Source of the DNA: an uncultured cyanobacterium
Lineage (GTDB): Bacteria > Cyanobacteriota > Cyanobacteriia > Cyanobacteriales > CAWUOF01
Reading direction: 5' to 3'
DNA: 64,000 nucleotides
Assembly (NCBI GenBank): GCA_963744145.1
Contig: CAVUSO010000001.1
Coordinates: 7,296,001 to 7,360,000, forward strand
In this document: in pieces, positions 54,701-64,000 of the stretch
Position numbering within the stretch: the first letter of the stretch is position 1
Layout: the number at the start of each line of letters is the position of its first letter
The notes under the pieces: generated by a model
Databases searched by the model: none
What the model was told of the DNA's origin: nothing
What the model saw: the letters and a program-made list of their open reading frames with translations, nothing else
Made by a program: the position numbers and the translations under genes

Positions 54701-55270
54701 TTGGATTGAATTACGGGGATTACTATATTGTAATCCGGCTGGTACATTAATAGTTAATAATGGTGGTGCTTGGGGATTAGTAGCACTAAAACTTTGATCA
54801 TTATTAAACAGAATACTATCTGATGTTACTAAATTAAGTGAACCTTTAAGATCTAGTTGAGCATGAGAACCAAAAATAATCCCATTCGGGTTAATCAAAA
54901 ACAGATTAGCATTTCCTAATACACCCAAAGTCCCGTTAATATTGGAAGAATTAACACCGGTAACCCGCGTGAATATATTAGATATTCCGACTGGATTATT
55001 AAAATATGCCGCACCTCCAGTTGGAACATTAAATTGTTGAAAACTATGAAATAAATTACTCCCTCTTGTAGTTCCACCTTGAATCAGCAATTTATTACCT
55101 TGGTTACCAACCTGAGAAGGATTCGGTAATGTTACATCAGGCACAATTTGGGCTTGGGAGATATTTGCCCAATTCACCAATATGATTAGATTCACTATAC
55201 TAAATTGACTTATTTGTTTACCAAATTTAGTCCCATTGGTATTAGTAATAAACTTTAGTAAGCTATTCAT
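51782..55270 (-). CDS. Filamentous haemagglutinin / TPS-domain exoprotein with inserted PPC-like domain
   Basis: Signal peptide ending AQIVPD, NLFHSFQQFN, NPNGIIFG, beta-helix repeats, and the insert DTQIFLFD...NDD...GTYVIAV. Confidence 0.9.
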   Translation of the reverse strand: MNSLLKFITNTNGTKFGKQISQFSIVNLIILVNWANISQAQIVPDVTLPNPSQVGNQGNKLLIQGGTTRGSNLFHSFQQFNVPTGGAAYFNNPVGISNIFTRVTGVNSSNINGTLGVLGNANLFLINPNGIIFGSHAQLDLKGSLNLVTSDSILFNNDQSFSATNPQAPPLLTINVPAGLQYSNPRNSIQFQGSNLTSSGNLSLLATDLSFQTAQLQGGEINLNSNNLDLTASQIQGTSGAIAINTTQATRLSQQSLIGNSFQPIQINTGTLKLQDGSRIQTITSDSRASGNIVINAQNNIDISGFTTDGLFSGILTRSLNETSGPSGNITINNPQGSLNISDRGFIATVTNSNNPSGLIQINTGNLQFQTGGQVLTSSTSKGNGGDINVKVTDTASLDGISNNFTNNPFDQVTSYTLVPSNFNTQANPNIESSQTIPHVSVSRTPTQIVLGGTPTQVVQGGTPLGPATTSYDYYQFATSQPNSKAIFDIDYGEKTSVRLAPGNIDTQIFLFDRKTGALLGSNDDSPITNGAGGSTFRNDSYLSTTLKQPGTYVIAVGVYNTTLSDNVPLEGKAPQPGQTYTLQISVANPGNPSVIKATNLNPNNFNPNQQVNSGILTLSSGLGNTGNLNVNTNKLLISNGARIAGNINGAGNLGNLNIIADQIQISGVSSNNIDSSGIFSQIRPGATGNGGLLRIDTRTLTVQNGAEINVNTFSSQPNSMGSSLLINSAQDINLINTSTSGIVARINDSGNGGDLTINTGNLLIQQGNISTDTQGTGKTGTLTINAANQIKLIGASSRTFGSTTAGITANTRFYGDSGNIVINTGTLLLDQGVGVRLTSSSIGNGKGGNITVNARDRVELAGTDSISSNGIFTNAASAIGDAGNIAIKTNQLIVRDGALINASNFQIADVPQVGQGVSQAGNVDIQANSVLLNNHGQIAVSAISGDRGNVTINSHSLLLRDQSQITVQAQGIANGGNININTDTLANLETSIISANAVKGEGGNIFITTQGLFTFPDSQITASSQFGVSGNVSVHTPDIQSVAAFINLPQQFTDPAHQIVAGCTKRSGDTFKVSGRSGRSEEPSQTFNSEDIWQDRTDYTSQFLGRNSAHSSAKLITPTLPIIREANSWKVNEKGEIVLVTSEANSLSSFLYPSSCQGNLN

Positions 55271-55381
55271 AAGTCCAATATATAACCTGGTTAATAATAT
55301 TAATATTATTAATCTAATAAAGTTAAATTAAAATTAAAATTTGTTTAAACAACTAGGAACACAGCGATCGCCTTTCCCCCA

Positions 55382-55633
55382 TCAAGTCTTGAGCATAATT
55401 TTTAGCAAGGACCAAACCAAAAATAAAAAAGAAAGAAAACTAACTACAATAGCCAACCAATTAACCCCTAACCAAAATGAGTTATAATCTAATTTCTGAA
55501 AAGAACACCAAGAACACCAAATCGCACTACAGACAAGAATCACAAATAGACAGGACAAAAAAATAAACAAAGAAGCAAAACCCATCAGTGTCAGTTTGGT
55601 CACTATGTTAGTTGCTAGAAGATAAATTATCAT
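55382..55633 (-). CDS. Small hydrophobic hypothetical protein
   Basis: 83 aa with two hydrophobic segments; no recognised family. Confidence 0.4.
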   Translation of the reverse strand: MIIYLLATNIVTKLTLMGFASLFIFLSCLFVILVCSAIWCSWCSFQKLDYNSFWLGVNWLAIVVSFLSFLFLVWSLLKIMLKT

Positions 55634-55898
55634 AATTGTCCCACCCGATCATCTAGGTGACTTCTTGACTTATTTCTATATGCTAACTGAATTAATAATT
55701 GAATAATTTAAGTAGAAGTTATCAGAATTAAGTAGTACCTTGTGGATCGGGATCAACTTAAAACATCAAGATTTTAACTGTTCTTAATCAATTTAATATG
55801 AGCTTAATTTTTAGACTACTGATTAGTGATTGTGGGTAAAAGCCTCCGATCGCCATGTTCAATTAAGAATTAGTTAAGGCTCATCATTAGTTTCTTTG

Positions 55899-56264
55899 TC
55901 AATTGCGTAATAATTGTTGCACAGTTCCAATTAATTCGTGAGGTTCAAAGGGTTTAGTAATATAAGCATCTGCACCTTGCTTCATTCCCCAGTAGCGATC
56001 GAATTCTTCCGTTTTAATGGAACACATGATCACAGCAACATTCTTAGTTTTTGAGTTGGATTTGAGACGACGACAGACTTCATAACCATTCATGCGAGGC
56101 ATAATGATGTCTAAGATCACCAAAACTGGACATTGCTCCTGAATTCGCTCTAATGCTTCAATTCCATCTGTAGCACTCATGACCTTTAATCCACTCTTTT
56201 GCAGGATTTCGGCCATCATCTCCCTTTGGCTCTTACTGTCTTCCACTACCATTACTAAACTCAT
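55899..56264 (-). CDS. Single-domain CheY-like response regulator (PilH/PixH-like)
   Basis: VVEDS, LDIIMPRMNGYEVCR and DRYWGMKQGADAYITKPF. Confidence 0.9.
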   Translation of the reverse strand: MSLVMVVEDSKSQREMMAEILQKSGLKVMSATDGIEALERIQEQCPVLVILDIIMPRMNGYEVCRRLKSNSKTKNVAVIMCSIKTEEFDRYWGMKQGADAYITKPFEPHELIGTVQQLLRN

Positions 56265-56456
56265 AATGCCCTTACCTGCTAGCTAGTTAATCCCACGCCA
56301 CAGTAGTGTATCCTGAGATTGATCACAGTTGTTTTTTAGCAACTTACCCATTGATGGTGATTTTCTGATCACTATTTTACTAATCTAAGAATAATTTTTG
56401 TGATTAAGTCCAATACACTTTAATATGATACTCATTTTTAGGGATGAGGGGATCAG

Positions 56457-57182
56457 CTATATTTGGTTTTCCTGACCTTGGGTATTGATGGCCAAAATTG
56501 CGATCGCGATCGCTGGTAAAAAAATTGACCAAAAATTGATGATCCGCATCAAAAACGCCCCAAGGGCTGCACCACAAATAAAACTGAGTAAAGTAATCCC
56601 AAATTTCAGTGCCCGTTGACGTAATTCCTGTTTTTTGGTAGGATCATGAGCTAGGTGGGGATCGATGGGGATCAGGTATAAGTTAACTAGATCAATGGTA
56701 AGCTGTGTTAAGTTACCAGTCATCACGGTAGTGGGTAACAGGGTGCCCAAGGCTGCACGCATGAAGCCATTTTGGATGCCCATCGCAAAAACCCCAGTTG
56801 AGCCAATAATAAAAACGATCATATCATTTGACGGATCAGTGAGGTGAGAGCCTAAGGTAATCCCCACCCAGCCGAAAATCCCTAACAGGACAGCTTCAAA
56901 CCATAAAAAAATTGACAAATGTGCGGAACGGGTATAAGTAATTACAGTGATCAAGGCGATCGCCCCAATAAAAACCGGAATCACAGCTAAACGCACCCAA
57001 ACCATATTTCCGCTAATTCCGGCTAGTTGAGCGCCTGCTACTACTAAGTTTCCTGTGACATGAGCAGTAAATAAACCATTTAGCCCGAAAAATCCAGCCG
57101 TATCTATATATCCAGCTACCCAGCTCAGAACTCCTGTTAGCAAAAGATGATAGTTTTTTTGGGTGATATTGTGGCTAACCAT
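56457..57182 (-). CDS. YoaK/DUF1275 membrane protein
   Basis: AGYIDT..F...FTAHVTGN, AMGIQN and TTVMTGN. Confidence 0.88.
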   Translation of the reverse strand: MVSHNITQKNYHLLLTGVLSWVAGYIDTAGFFGLNGLFTAHVTGNLVVAGAQLAGISGNMVWVRLAVIPVFIGAIALITVITYTRSAHLSIFLWFEAVLLGIFGWVGITLGSHLTDPSNDMIVFIIGSTGVFAMGIQNGFMRAALGTLLPTTVMTGNLTQLTIDLVNLYLIPIDPHLAHDPTKKQELRQRALKFGITLLSFICGAALGAFLMRIINFWSIFLPAIAIAILAINTQGQENQI

Positions 57183-57394
57183 TGTGGTAATTTTTTTTCT
57201 GATCGTTCTTTCTAATCCTCGAATCCCACTATACCTTACCCGTTTGATTACCAAAATTTTATTTTAAATCATGAAATAATTGTGCAATTTTGGAAAAATT
57301 ATTAGAAAATCAAAAGAATAGATAGCTAAAGCTAATATTTTTTAATTTGAGCAACAATATTTGCTTTTATTTATGATAGAGGGATGATTCATAG

Positions 57395-58153
57395 ATGAGT
57401 AAACTGAGAGCTTTAATTTTTGATGTTGATGGCACCATTGCTGATACGGAACGGGATGGACACCGTTTAGCATTTAATCGAGCTTTTGCTAATTGGGGAC
57501 TGGATTGGGAGTGGTCAGTGGAATTATATAAGGAATTAATCGCGATCGGGGGAGGTAAAGAAAGAATTTTATTTTACCAAAACCACTACCAACCGGAGTT
57601 TGTGCCCCCCATACCCCTTGATCGCTGGTTAGTGGAGTTGCATATCACAAAATCTGAATATTATCAACAATTACTGGCTAGTGGTGCAATTCCCCTCCGA
57701 ATAGGAGTAAAACGATTATTATCAGAAGCGAGGGAACAAGGGATTAGGCTCGCGATCGCCTCAACTTCGGCGCTACCGAATGTAACCAACCTCTTAACCT
57801 ATACACTAGGGTCTGAAAGTATCGATTGGTTTGAAATCATCGCTGCGGGGGATATTGTTTCAGCCAAAAAACCAGCTCCAGATATTTATCATTATGTCCT
57901 GCAAAATTTGGAGTTAAGCCCATCAGAGTGTGTAGTGTTGGAAGACTCACCACAAGGATTACAAGCCGCTTTAGCCGCCAATTTAACTACAATTATCACG
58001 GTTAATGATTATACCAAAAATGAAGATTTTGCTGGAGCCAAATTAGTATTAAATCACTTAGGCGAACCAGATCATCCTTTTGGGGCGATCGCGGGTAATG
58101 TGGGTGATGCGAGTTATTTAGATTTAAGCTTAATCCGGAGTTTAATTGCCTGA
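57395..58153 (+). CDS. CbbY-like HAD hydrolase
   Basis: FDVDGTIADTERDGHRLAFN, GGGKER, KKPAPDIY and EDS. Confidence 0.9.
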   Translation: MSKLRALIFDVDGTIADTERDGHRLAFNRAFANWGLDWEWSVELYKELIAIGGGKERILFYQNHYQPEFVPPIPLDRWLVELHITKSEYYQQLLASGAIPLRIGVKRLLSEAREQGIRLAIASTSALPNVTNLLTYTLGSESIDWFEIIAAGDIVSAKKPAPDIYHYVLQNLELSPSECVVLEDSPQGLQAALAANLTTIITVNDYTKNEDFAGAKLVLNHLGEPDHPFGAIAGNVGDASYLDLSLIRSLIA

Positions 58154-58275
58154 ATTTGGGCCAGTGGAAAGCTGGAAAAATATCAAATCAAATCAGCTTA
58201 AGATCAGCTATAATTATTAAGTTATTTGAAAAACTTTGTAATTCACAGCAAAAGTCTGTTACTTTTATACCCCTT

Positions 58276-60066
58276 ATGTCTCTCCCCATCCGCAACGTCG
58301 CTATCATTGCCCACGTCGATCACGGCAAAACCACTCTTGTTGACGCTCTGCTCAAACAATCCGGTATCTTCCGTGAAGGGGAAGACATACCAGATTGCGT
58401 CATGGACTCAAACGCCATTGAGCGGGAACGGGGTATTACCATACTTTCTAAAAATACCGCCGTTACTTATAAAGATACGTTAATTAACATCGTCGATACC
58501 CCTGGACACGCAGACTTTGGTGGTGAAGTCGAGCGGGTGTTGGGAATGGTAGATGGTTGTCTGTTGATCGTCGATGCTAATGAAGGTCCCATGCCCCAAA
58601 CCCGATTCGTGCTAAAAAAAGCACTGGAAAAGGGTTTGCGTCCCATCGTATTTGTGAATAAAATCGATCGTGGACAAGCCAATCCCCTCACTGCGGTTGA
58701 TAAAGTTTTGGATCTATTCATCGAATTAGGAGCAGATGACGATCAGTGTGATTTTCCCTATTTGTTCGGTTCTGGGTTAGGTGGTTATGCTAAAACCGAT
58801 CTAGCAGCCGAAGGGGTAGATATGCAGCCCTTATTTGAAGCGATCCTCGATCATGTACCACCTCCAGTGGGAGATCCCAATAAACCGCTGCAATTGCAAG
58901 TCACCACTTTGGATTATTCCGAATATGTAGGACGGATTGTGATTGGTCGGATTCACAATGGGGTGATTAAAGCTGGTCAACAAGCTGCTTTAGTCGTGGA
59001 AAATGGCACGATCATCAAAGCCAAAATTACGAAATTAATGGGCTTTGAAGGGCTGAAGCGGATTGATATCCCCGAATCTTCTGCTGGTAATATTGTCGCC
59101 GTGGCTGGTTTTGCTAGTGCTAATATTGGTGAAACAATTACTTGTCCTAATGAACCTCAAGCTTTACCACTAATTAAGGTAGATGAACCGACCTTGCAAA
59201 TGACATTTTCTGTCAATGATTCACCATTTGCAGGTCAAGAAGGTAAATTTGTCACTTCCCGTCAATTGCGCGATCGCTTATTACGGGAATTAGAAACAAA
59301 TGTAGCATTACGGGTGGAAGAAACTAGCTCTCCGGATAAATTTCTAGTTTCTGGTCGTGGGGAATTGCACCTAGGTATTCTAATTGAAACCATGCGTCGG
59401 GAAGGTTACGAATTCCAAGTTTCCCAACCCCAAGTAATTTATCGCGAAGTCACTGGTCAACCCTGTGAACCGTTTGAATGTCTAGTCTTAGATGTACCCG
59501 AAGAAGCTGTGGGTAGTTGTATTGAACGTCTCGGACAACGCAAAGCAGAAATGCAAGATATGCGGGTCGGTACTACTGGTCGTACTCAACTGGAATTTTC
59601 CATTCCAGCTCGCGGATTAATTGGTTTCCGAGGTGAGTTCATGCGAATGACTCGCGGTGAGGGAATTATGAATCATAGTTTCCTCGATTATCGTCCAATT
59701 ATTGGCGAAATTGAATCGCGACGCAATGGAGTTTTGATTTCCTTTGAAGAAGGTGTAGCTACTTTCTACGCAATGAAAAATGCTGAAGATCGTGGTGTAT
59801 TTTTTATTACTCCGGGCACCAAAGTTTATCGGGGGATGATTGTAGGTGAACACAATCGTTCTCAAGATTTAGAGTTAAATGTTTGCAAAGCCAAGCAATT
59901 AACTAACCATCGTGCTTCAGGTGGTGATGAATTAGTGCAATTGCAAGCTCCTGTAGATATGACTTTAGAACGTTCTTTGGAATATATTGGTTCCGATGAA
60001 TTGGTAGAAGTAACACCAATATCGATTCGCTTGCGGAAATTGTCGAAGAAATTGGTGAAACGTTAA
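58276..60066 (+). CDS. typA: Translational GTPase TypA/BipA
   Basis: [39 protein letters not shown] and ELVEVTP. Confidence 0.97.
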   Translation: MSLPIRNVAIIAHVDHGKTTLVDALLKQSGIFREGEDIPDCVMDSNAIERERGITILSKNTAVTYKDTLINIVDTPGHADFGGEVERVLGMVDGCLLIVDANEGPMPQTRFVLKKALEKGLRPIVFVNKIDRGQANPLTAVDKVLDLFIELGADDDQCDFPYLFGSGLGGYAKTDLAAEGVDMQPLFEAILDHVPPPVGDPNKPLQLQVTTLDYSEYVGRIVIGRIHNGVIKAGQQAALVVENGTIIKAKITKLMGFEGLKRIDIPESSAGNIVAVAGFASANIGETITCPNEPQALPLIKVDEPTLQMTFSVNDSPFAGQEGKFVTSRQLRDRLLRELETNVALRVEETSSPDKFLVSGRGELHLGILIETMRREGYEFQVSQPQVIYREVTGQPCEPFECLVLDVPEEAVGSCIERLGQRKAEMQDMRVGTTGRTQLEFSIPARGLIGFRGEFMRMTRGEGIMNHSFLDYRPIIGEIESRRNGVLISFEEGVATFYAMKNAEDRGVFFITPGTKVYRGMIVGEHNRSQDLELNVCKAKQLTNHRASGGDELVQLQAPVDMTLERSLEYIGSDELVEVTPISIRLRKLSKKLVKR

Positions 60067-60103
60067 TTTTGTTGGAGGGTGGGTAATGCTCACCCTAAAT
60101 CCA

Positions 60104-60141
60104 GTAGGGGCGGTAGGGGCGCAAGAGCAATACGCCCCTAC
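60104..60141. repeat. GTAGGGGCG REP-like hairpin
   Basis: GTAGGGGCG (duplicated) ... CGCCCCTAC, downstream of typA. Confidence 0.65.
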
Positions 60142-60171
60142 CAATTTTCTTGTTGGTAGGACAAAGATTAG

Positions 60172-63100
60172 ATGTGGCAGATTAATTCATCCGATATTTT
60201 TGATCTTAGAACACCCGGAGGCGATCGCTTTACTGAGTTTGTTGATGCCTTAATTAGAGCAGAAGCATACATAATGAGTGTACCCCAAGCTGAAATCGCG
60301 ACCAACCTACGGACAAATCTTGGGGATGGAGGTGTCGATACGGAAGTACGTCAAGCAATCCCTCATAGTAAAACAGGTTGGAATAGCGTCCCGACTTGTT
60401 GGCAGTATAAAGCTACTCAATTTGCCGGAATTAAACTATCAGATTTAAAAAAAGAAATCAAGAAATCCTATTCACAAGAGCTGATTAAAAAAGGTTTTGG
60501 TTATCGTTTTTGTATTGCTGACGACTTAACACCACAAAAGAAAAGAGATTGGGAAAACAGTTTAAATAATGAAGTAAAAAAGCTGAATACTTCAGCACCA
60601 GATGCTAGAGTTGTTACTGCATCTGATCTAGCTGTATGGGCAAACGAATTTCCAGCCATAGTTGTTCGATTTTTCAAAACCGCACTGAAAAAGTGCATAA
60701 CCCTAAGAGATTGGGGAAAAGAGATTTTAGCACTGACTCCAAAAAGTGTTGAAATAAAAGAATGGGCTTTGGTTAAGCAGCAACTCATAGATCATGCTAG
60801 TTTTGGCAGTCACAGTAATTCAGTTATTCAACTCATTCAAGGGGAATCCGGTGTCGGCAAAACTAGACTGGTTTACGAATCATTATCGGGTCTAGAATGC
60901 GCTCAGTCCTTAGTGCTTTATACAGTAGATGATGCTGCATTAGAGATTATCCATTCCTTGATTCGTGATCAATCAGCTAAAGTTATATTAGTAGCAGATG
61001 AATGCTTGCCTGAAACCCAATTACAACTTAAGCGTCATCTTAATAGAATTAGAGATCGGGTACGAGTTATTTGTATCGACAATTCTGGAGATGATGATTT
61101 ATCCAAAGAATCTTGGCTGACTCGGATGTCGAAAGCCGATGTTGATCAGATTTGTAAGCAAAATTTTCCAGAAATTCATCCAAAGCGTCGCCGGATCTAT
61201 GTAAATCTATCAGGTGGATTTGTCAAGCTTGCAGCCGATCTCTGTAATCAAGATTCTCAGATTGTCGAGCAGGGAAACCTAGACTCAATCGCGAGAGATC
61301 TCAGAAACTACTTGAAAATTCGCTTAAATAATGATAGTGAAAAATTACGGGTAATGGAAGCGATCGCCCTGTTCTCAAAAGTAGGATACCGGGAAGATGT
61401 TGAAGAAGAATTTAACAGCTTATGTGAACTATTAAAGTTAGAACGAAATGATACTTTAGAAAAAGCTTGGCAATTAAAAAAAGTCCCTGGGTTCATTTCT
61501 TTTGCTGGTCGATTCATTTATATCACCCCTGAAATTATTGCTGAGATCGCTTTTGAAGGTGCATGGGAAAGATGGGTTGCTTACAATCCGTCTGAATTTC
61601 TCTCCAAAATTCCCCTGGAACTTCTTGAATCTTTTCTCAAGCGTGTATCTCGAAGTGGTTCTCAGGAGGTACGCCGGATTGTCGGAGACTTTTTTCGATC
61701 TTGGTCTGCCGAAATTCAACCGATTGATTTAATGGATAATAATCAAGTAAATCGGCTCCTAATTTTAGTAGAGATTAATCCCAACGATTATCTATATAGA
61801 CTTGTCCATCTAATTGCTCAAGTTTCCTTAGAAGAACTTTTAGAAATATCTATAAAATCCGAAGACATCAAACGTTCATTAGTTTGGATAGCCGAACGAA
61901 TGGCTAATTTTTATGAGTTCTTTTTAGATTCAGAATCAATTTTATGGAAACTAGCAATTGTTGAAATAGAGTCTAATATAGGTAATAGCGCTATCCGCAC
62001 CTGGCAGCAATTTTTCCAGAATCTTAAATTCAAGAACAACGACACCTTTTACAGAAAGAATAGCTTTATTGGAACGCCGATTATTTAATGAAGATAAAAG
62101 ACAGAGAACTCTAGCTCTCAAAGGGTTGGGCAAAATTTTTGAGATAGATGAATGGCAGGTTGTCGGTTCACTGGTATTTGCTGGTAAAATTTCCCCTAAG
62201 GAATGGGAACCTGCGAATCAGTTAGAGTTTAGCCAATGTATGGAATTAGCAGTTGAGCTTTTGTCTAAAGCAGGAAATAGCTCACTACCCGATCTTCGCA
62301 ATGAGATTCTAAATATTGCTATCGAAAATATCCACTTTTTCTTAGCTAATGGCTATTTAGAGTCGATGAAAGCACTTTTTCCAATCGATAATATTCCAAC
62401 CGATGTTCTGTTCTCATTAATTAGGAAAGTGGAAGATTTCATTAAATATGATGCTCAGGCTTTCCCAGAAGTGAAGGAATGGTTACAAAACCTCATTCCT
62501 AATAATTTTCATGGTAAATTGATAGAAATTGTGGGTAAATCGCTCTGGCACTATACAGATCAAAACCAACAAGCAAATTGGCGTCAAGAGATTGAACATA
62601 TTGCCAGAGAACTTTGCGATCGCCAAGAACTGCTGCAATCCGAAATCGAGTGGCTTTGTTCACCCCAAGCAATGAGTGTATGGGCATTAGGTTATGCCAT
62701 GGGAACCTACGATGTGAATGCAAATTGTTTAGAAATTATTATGCACTCAGTAGCAGAGACACATAATACTGGTCTAGCAAGAGAATATTTAAGAAGTTTA
62801 GTGGTCAACTATCCTCAACATATTGATGTTGTCAATAGATGGATCGATAAATTTGAAATTCAGGCTCCCGCAGTTGCTTATGACTTGTTGATCGGTGGTG
62901 GTGATGCTACCAGAGCTGTACAGAGAGCATTAAACCTGATTGACCAGGGAACTCTCTCCTTAGAATATCTTAATAGTTTTGTTATTGGTATTTCTCAAAG
63001 AGCCTTATCTATAGAAGAATTTTATGAAATTTTCCAAAGGTTGATTAACTCCCTAGAAACAGAAAAAGATATTTCCATAATTAAGATTGCTCTAAAATTA

Positions 63101-63832
63101 GTTGCTTATCGTTTCAAGAACGAGGAGGAACATAATCTCAGCAGTATTAGAAAAAACTCTTCTATTGAAAGTTTGATCTGGAAACTGCTCGAATTATCAA
63201 CACCATTAAGTTTTGGAGATGCTTACCATTGGGTCCAAATTCTGAAAAGTATGGCAGAAATTGATTTAGATCGGGCAGCAAAGATTGCTAGTTTTGCACT
63301 GGTTGGTAATGGATTGAAAAAAGAAGAGGTAGAAGAAATACTGATTAACATGGCTAAAGATCATCCCGATTTAGTAATGAACCGATTAGGGGAAGTTATA
63401 ATTGACGAAAACCAAGGATGGCATTTCTTAATTGAAGACTACCGCTTTTTGTTCCAATCACTTCCTCTTAATGCTCTAAAAAACTGGCTTCGTTCAGTAG
63501 GTGTTGTTGGAGCGCGGAAGATTGCCATAAATCTACCGATTCCATACCTAGATGAGAATGGTCAAATTGTCATACCACCACTGACAGAGTTTGTTTTATC
63601 AGAATTTGAAGATGATGAAGATACCTTTCAACGTTTCTGTAAGGGAGCGCACAGTCTTCAGAGTTACGTTGGTAATATAGCATCTCAAAAGAAGCAAGAA
63701 GCAGAGATTGCCAAAAAATTCCTGAATCATCCGTTGCACAGAATTAGGGAATGGGCACTTTATGAGATTGATCGTTGTAACCAGGAGGCTAAATATTGGC
63801 AGCAAAGTGATGAAGAGATCCAAATTGGTTAA
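60172..63832 (+). pseudogene. Restriction-endonuclease-like + STAND-type NTPase + helical repeat protein (Avs-like), +1 frameshift near 62011-62018
   Basis: DGGVD...WQYK nuclease motif, Walker A GESGVGKT and Walker B ILVADE. Deleting one base fuses the two ORFs (WQQFF-RILNSRTTTPFTERIALLERRL) into about 1220 aa. Confidence 0.75.
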
Positions 63833-63914
63833 CTAGATAAATAGTATATTTATTGATGGGTATCTGCTATGATTAGCAATTAAAGTTCTCAATGTTTAAA
63901 TAGTAGGTATAGCT

Positions 63915-64000
63915 ATGCTAAATGGATACAAAATTATTGATGCTGATTCCCATATTATCGAACCTCATCAGCTTTGGGCTAAATATATTGCTCCTGAATT
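63915..64000 (+). CDS. Amidohydrolase family protein (N-terminus only)
   Basis: MLNGYKIIDADSHIIEPHQLWAKYI; runs off the window edge. Confidence 0.75.
   Translation, partial: MLNGYKIIDADSHIIEPHQLWAKYIAPE

Larger units (their letters stand above)
1..64000. repeat. HIP1 octamer GCGATCGC dispersed throughout
   Basis: Dozens of occurrences in an AT-rich sequence (e.g. 232, 1213, 30628, 33351); a cyanobacterial hallmark. Confidence 0.9.

Noticed and set aside
1..64000. tRNA, rRNA or riboswitch genes
   Set aside because: None were recognised by eye. The intergenic hairpins match REP/MITE families. A covariance-model scan was not run.

Overview
AT-rich cyanobacterial chromosome segment: the HIP1 octamer GCGATCGC recurs throughout, and IleRS carries a CAAD insertion. 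Housekeeping genes (ileS, speA, ndk, cysS, mnmE, typA, a COG0523 GTPase, a CbbY-like HAD hydrolase) are interleaved with accessory loci. The accessory loci include an LRR-COR protein lacking its Roc GTPase, hybrid histidine kinases, a probable pseudokinase-TPR protein, decayed toxin-antitoxin modules, an IS200/IS605-family tnpB element, an intact ISAs1, several MITE/REP families and a frameshifted nuclease-STAND (Avs-like) gene. The most striking locus is a co-oriented cluster at about 39.5-55.3 kb: two filamentous-haemagglutinin/TPS proteins, a TPR-CHAT protease, a DUF928 protein with nine GGGSR motifs at 22-aa spacing, and a CHASE2 hybrid kinase. This could be a protease-processed, peptide-releasing signalling system (inference). 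Other notable items are five nested 22-24 nt mini-elements in the IS left end, a kinase paralog truncated exactly at a HIP1 site, and a 138-bp MITE inserted in frame right after the CHAT start codon. Four +1 frameshifts may be sequencing errors. No rRNA, tRNA or CRISPR array was seen. All product calls come from motif recognition by eye; no searches were run.
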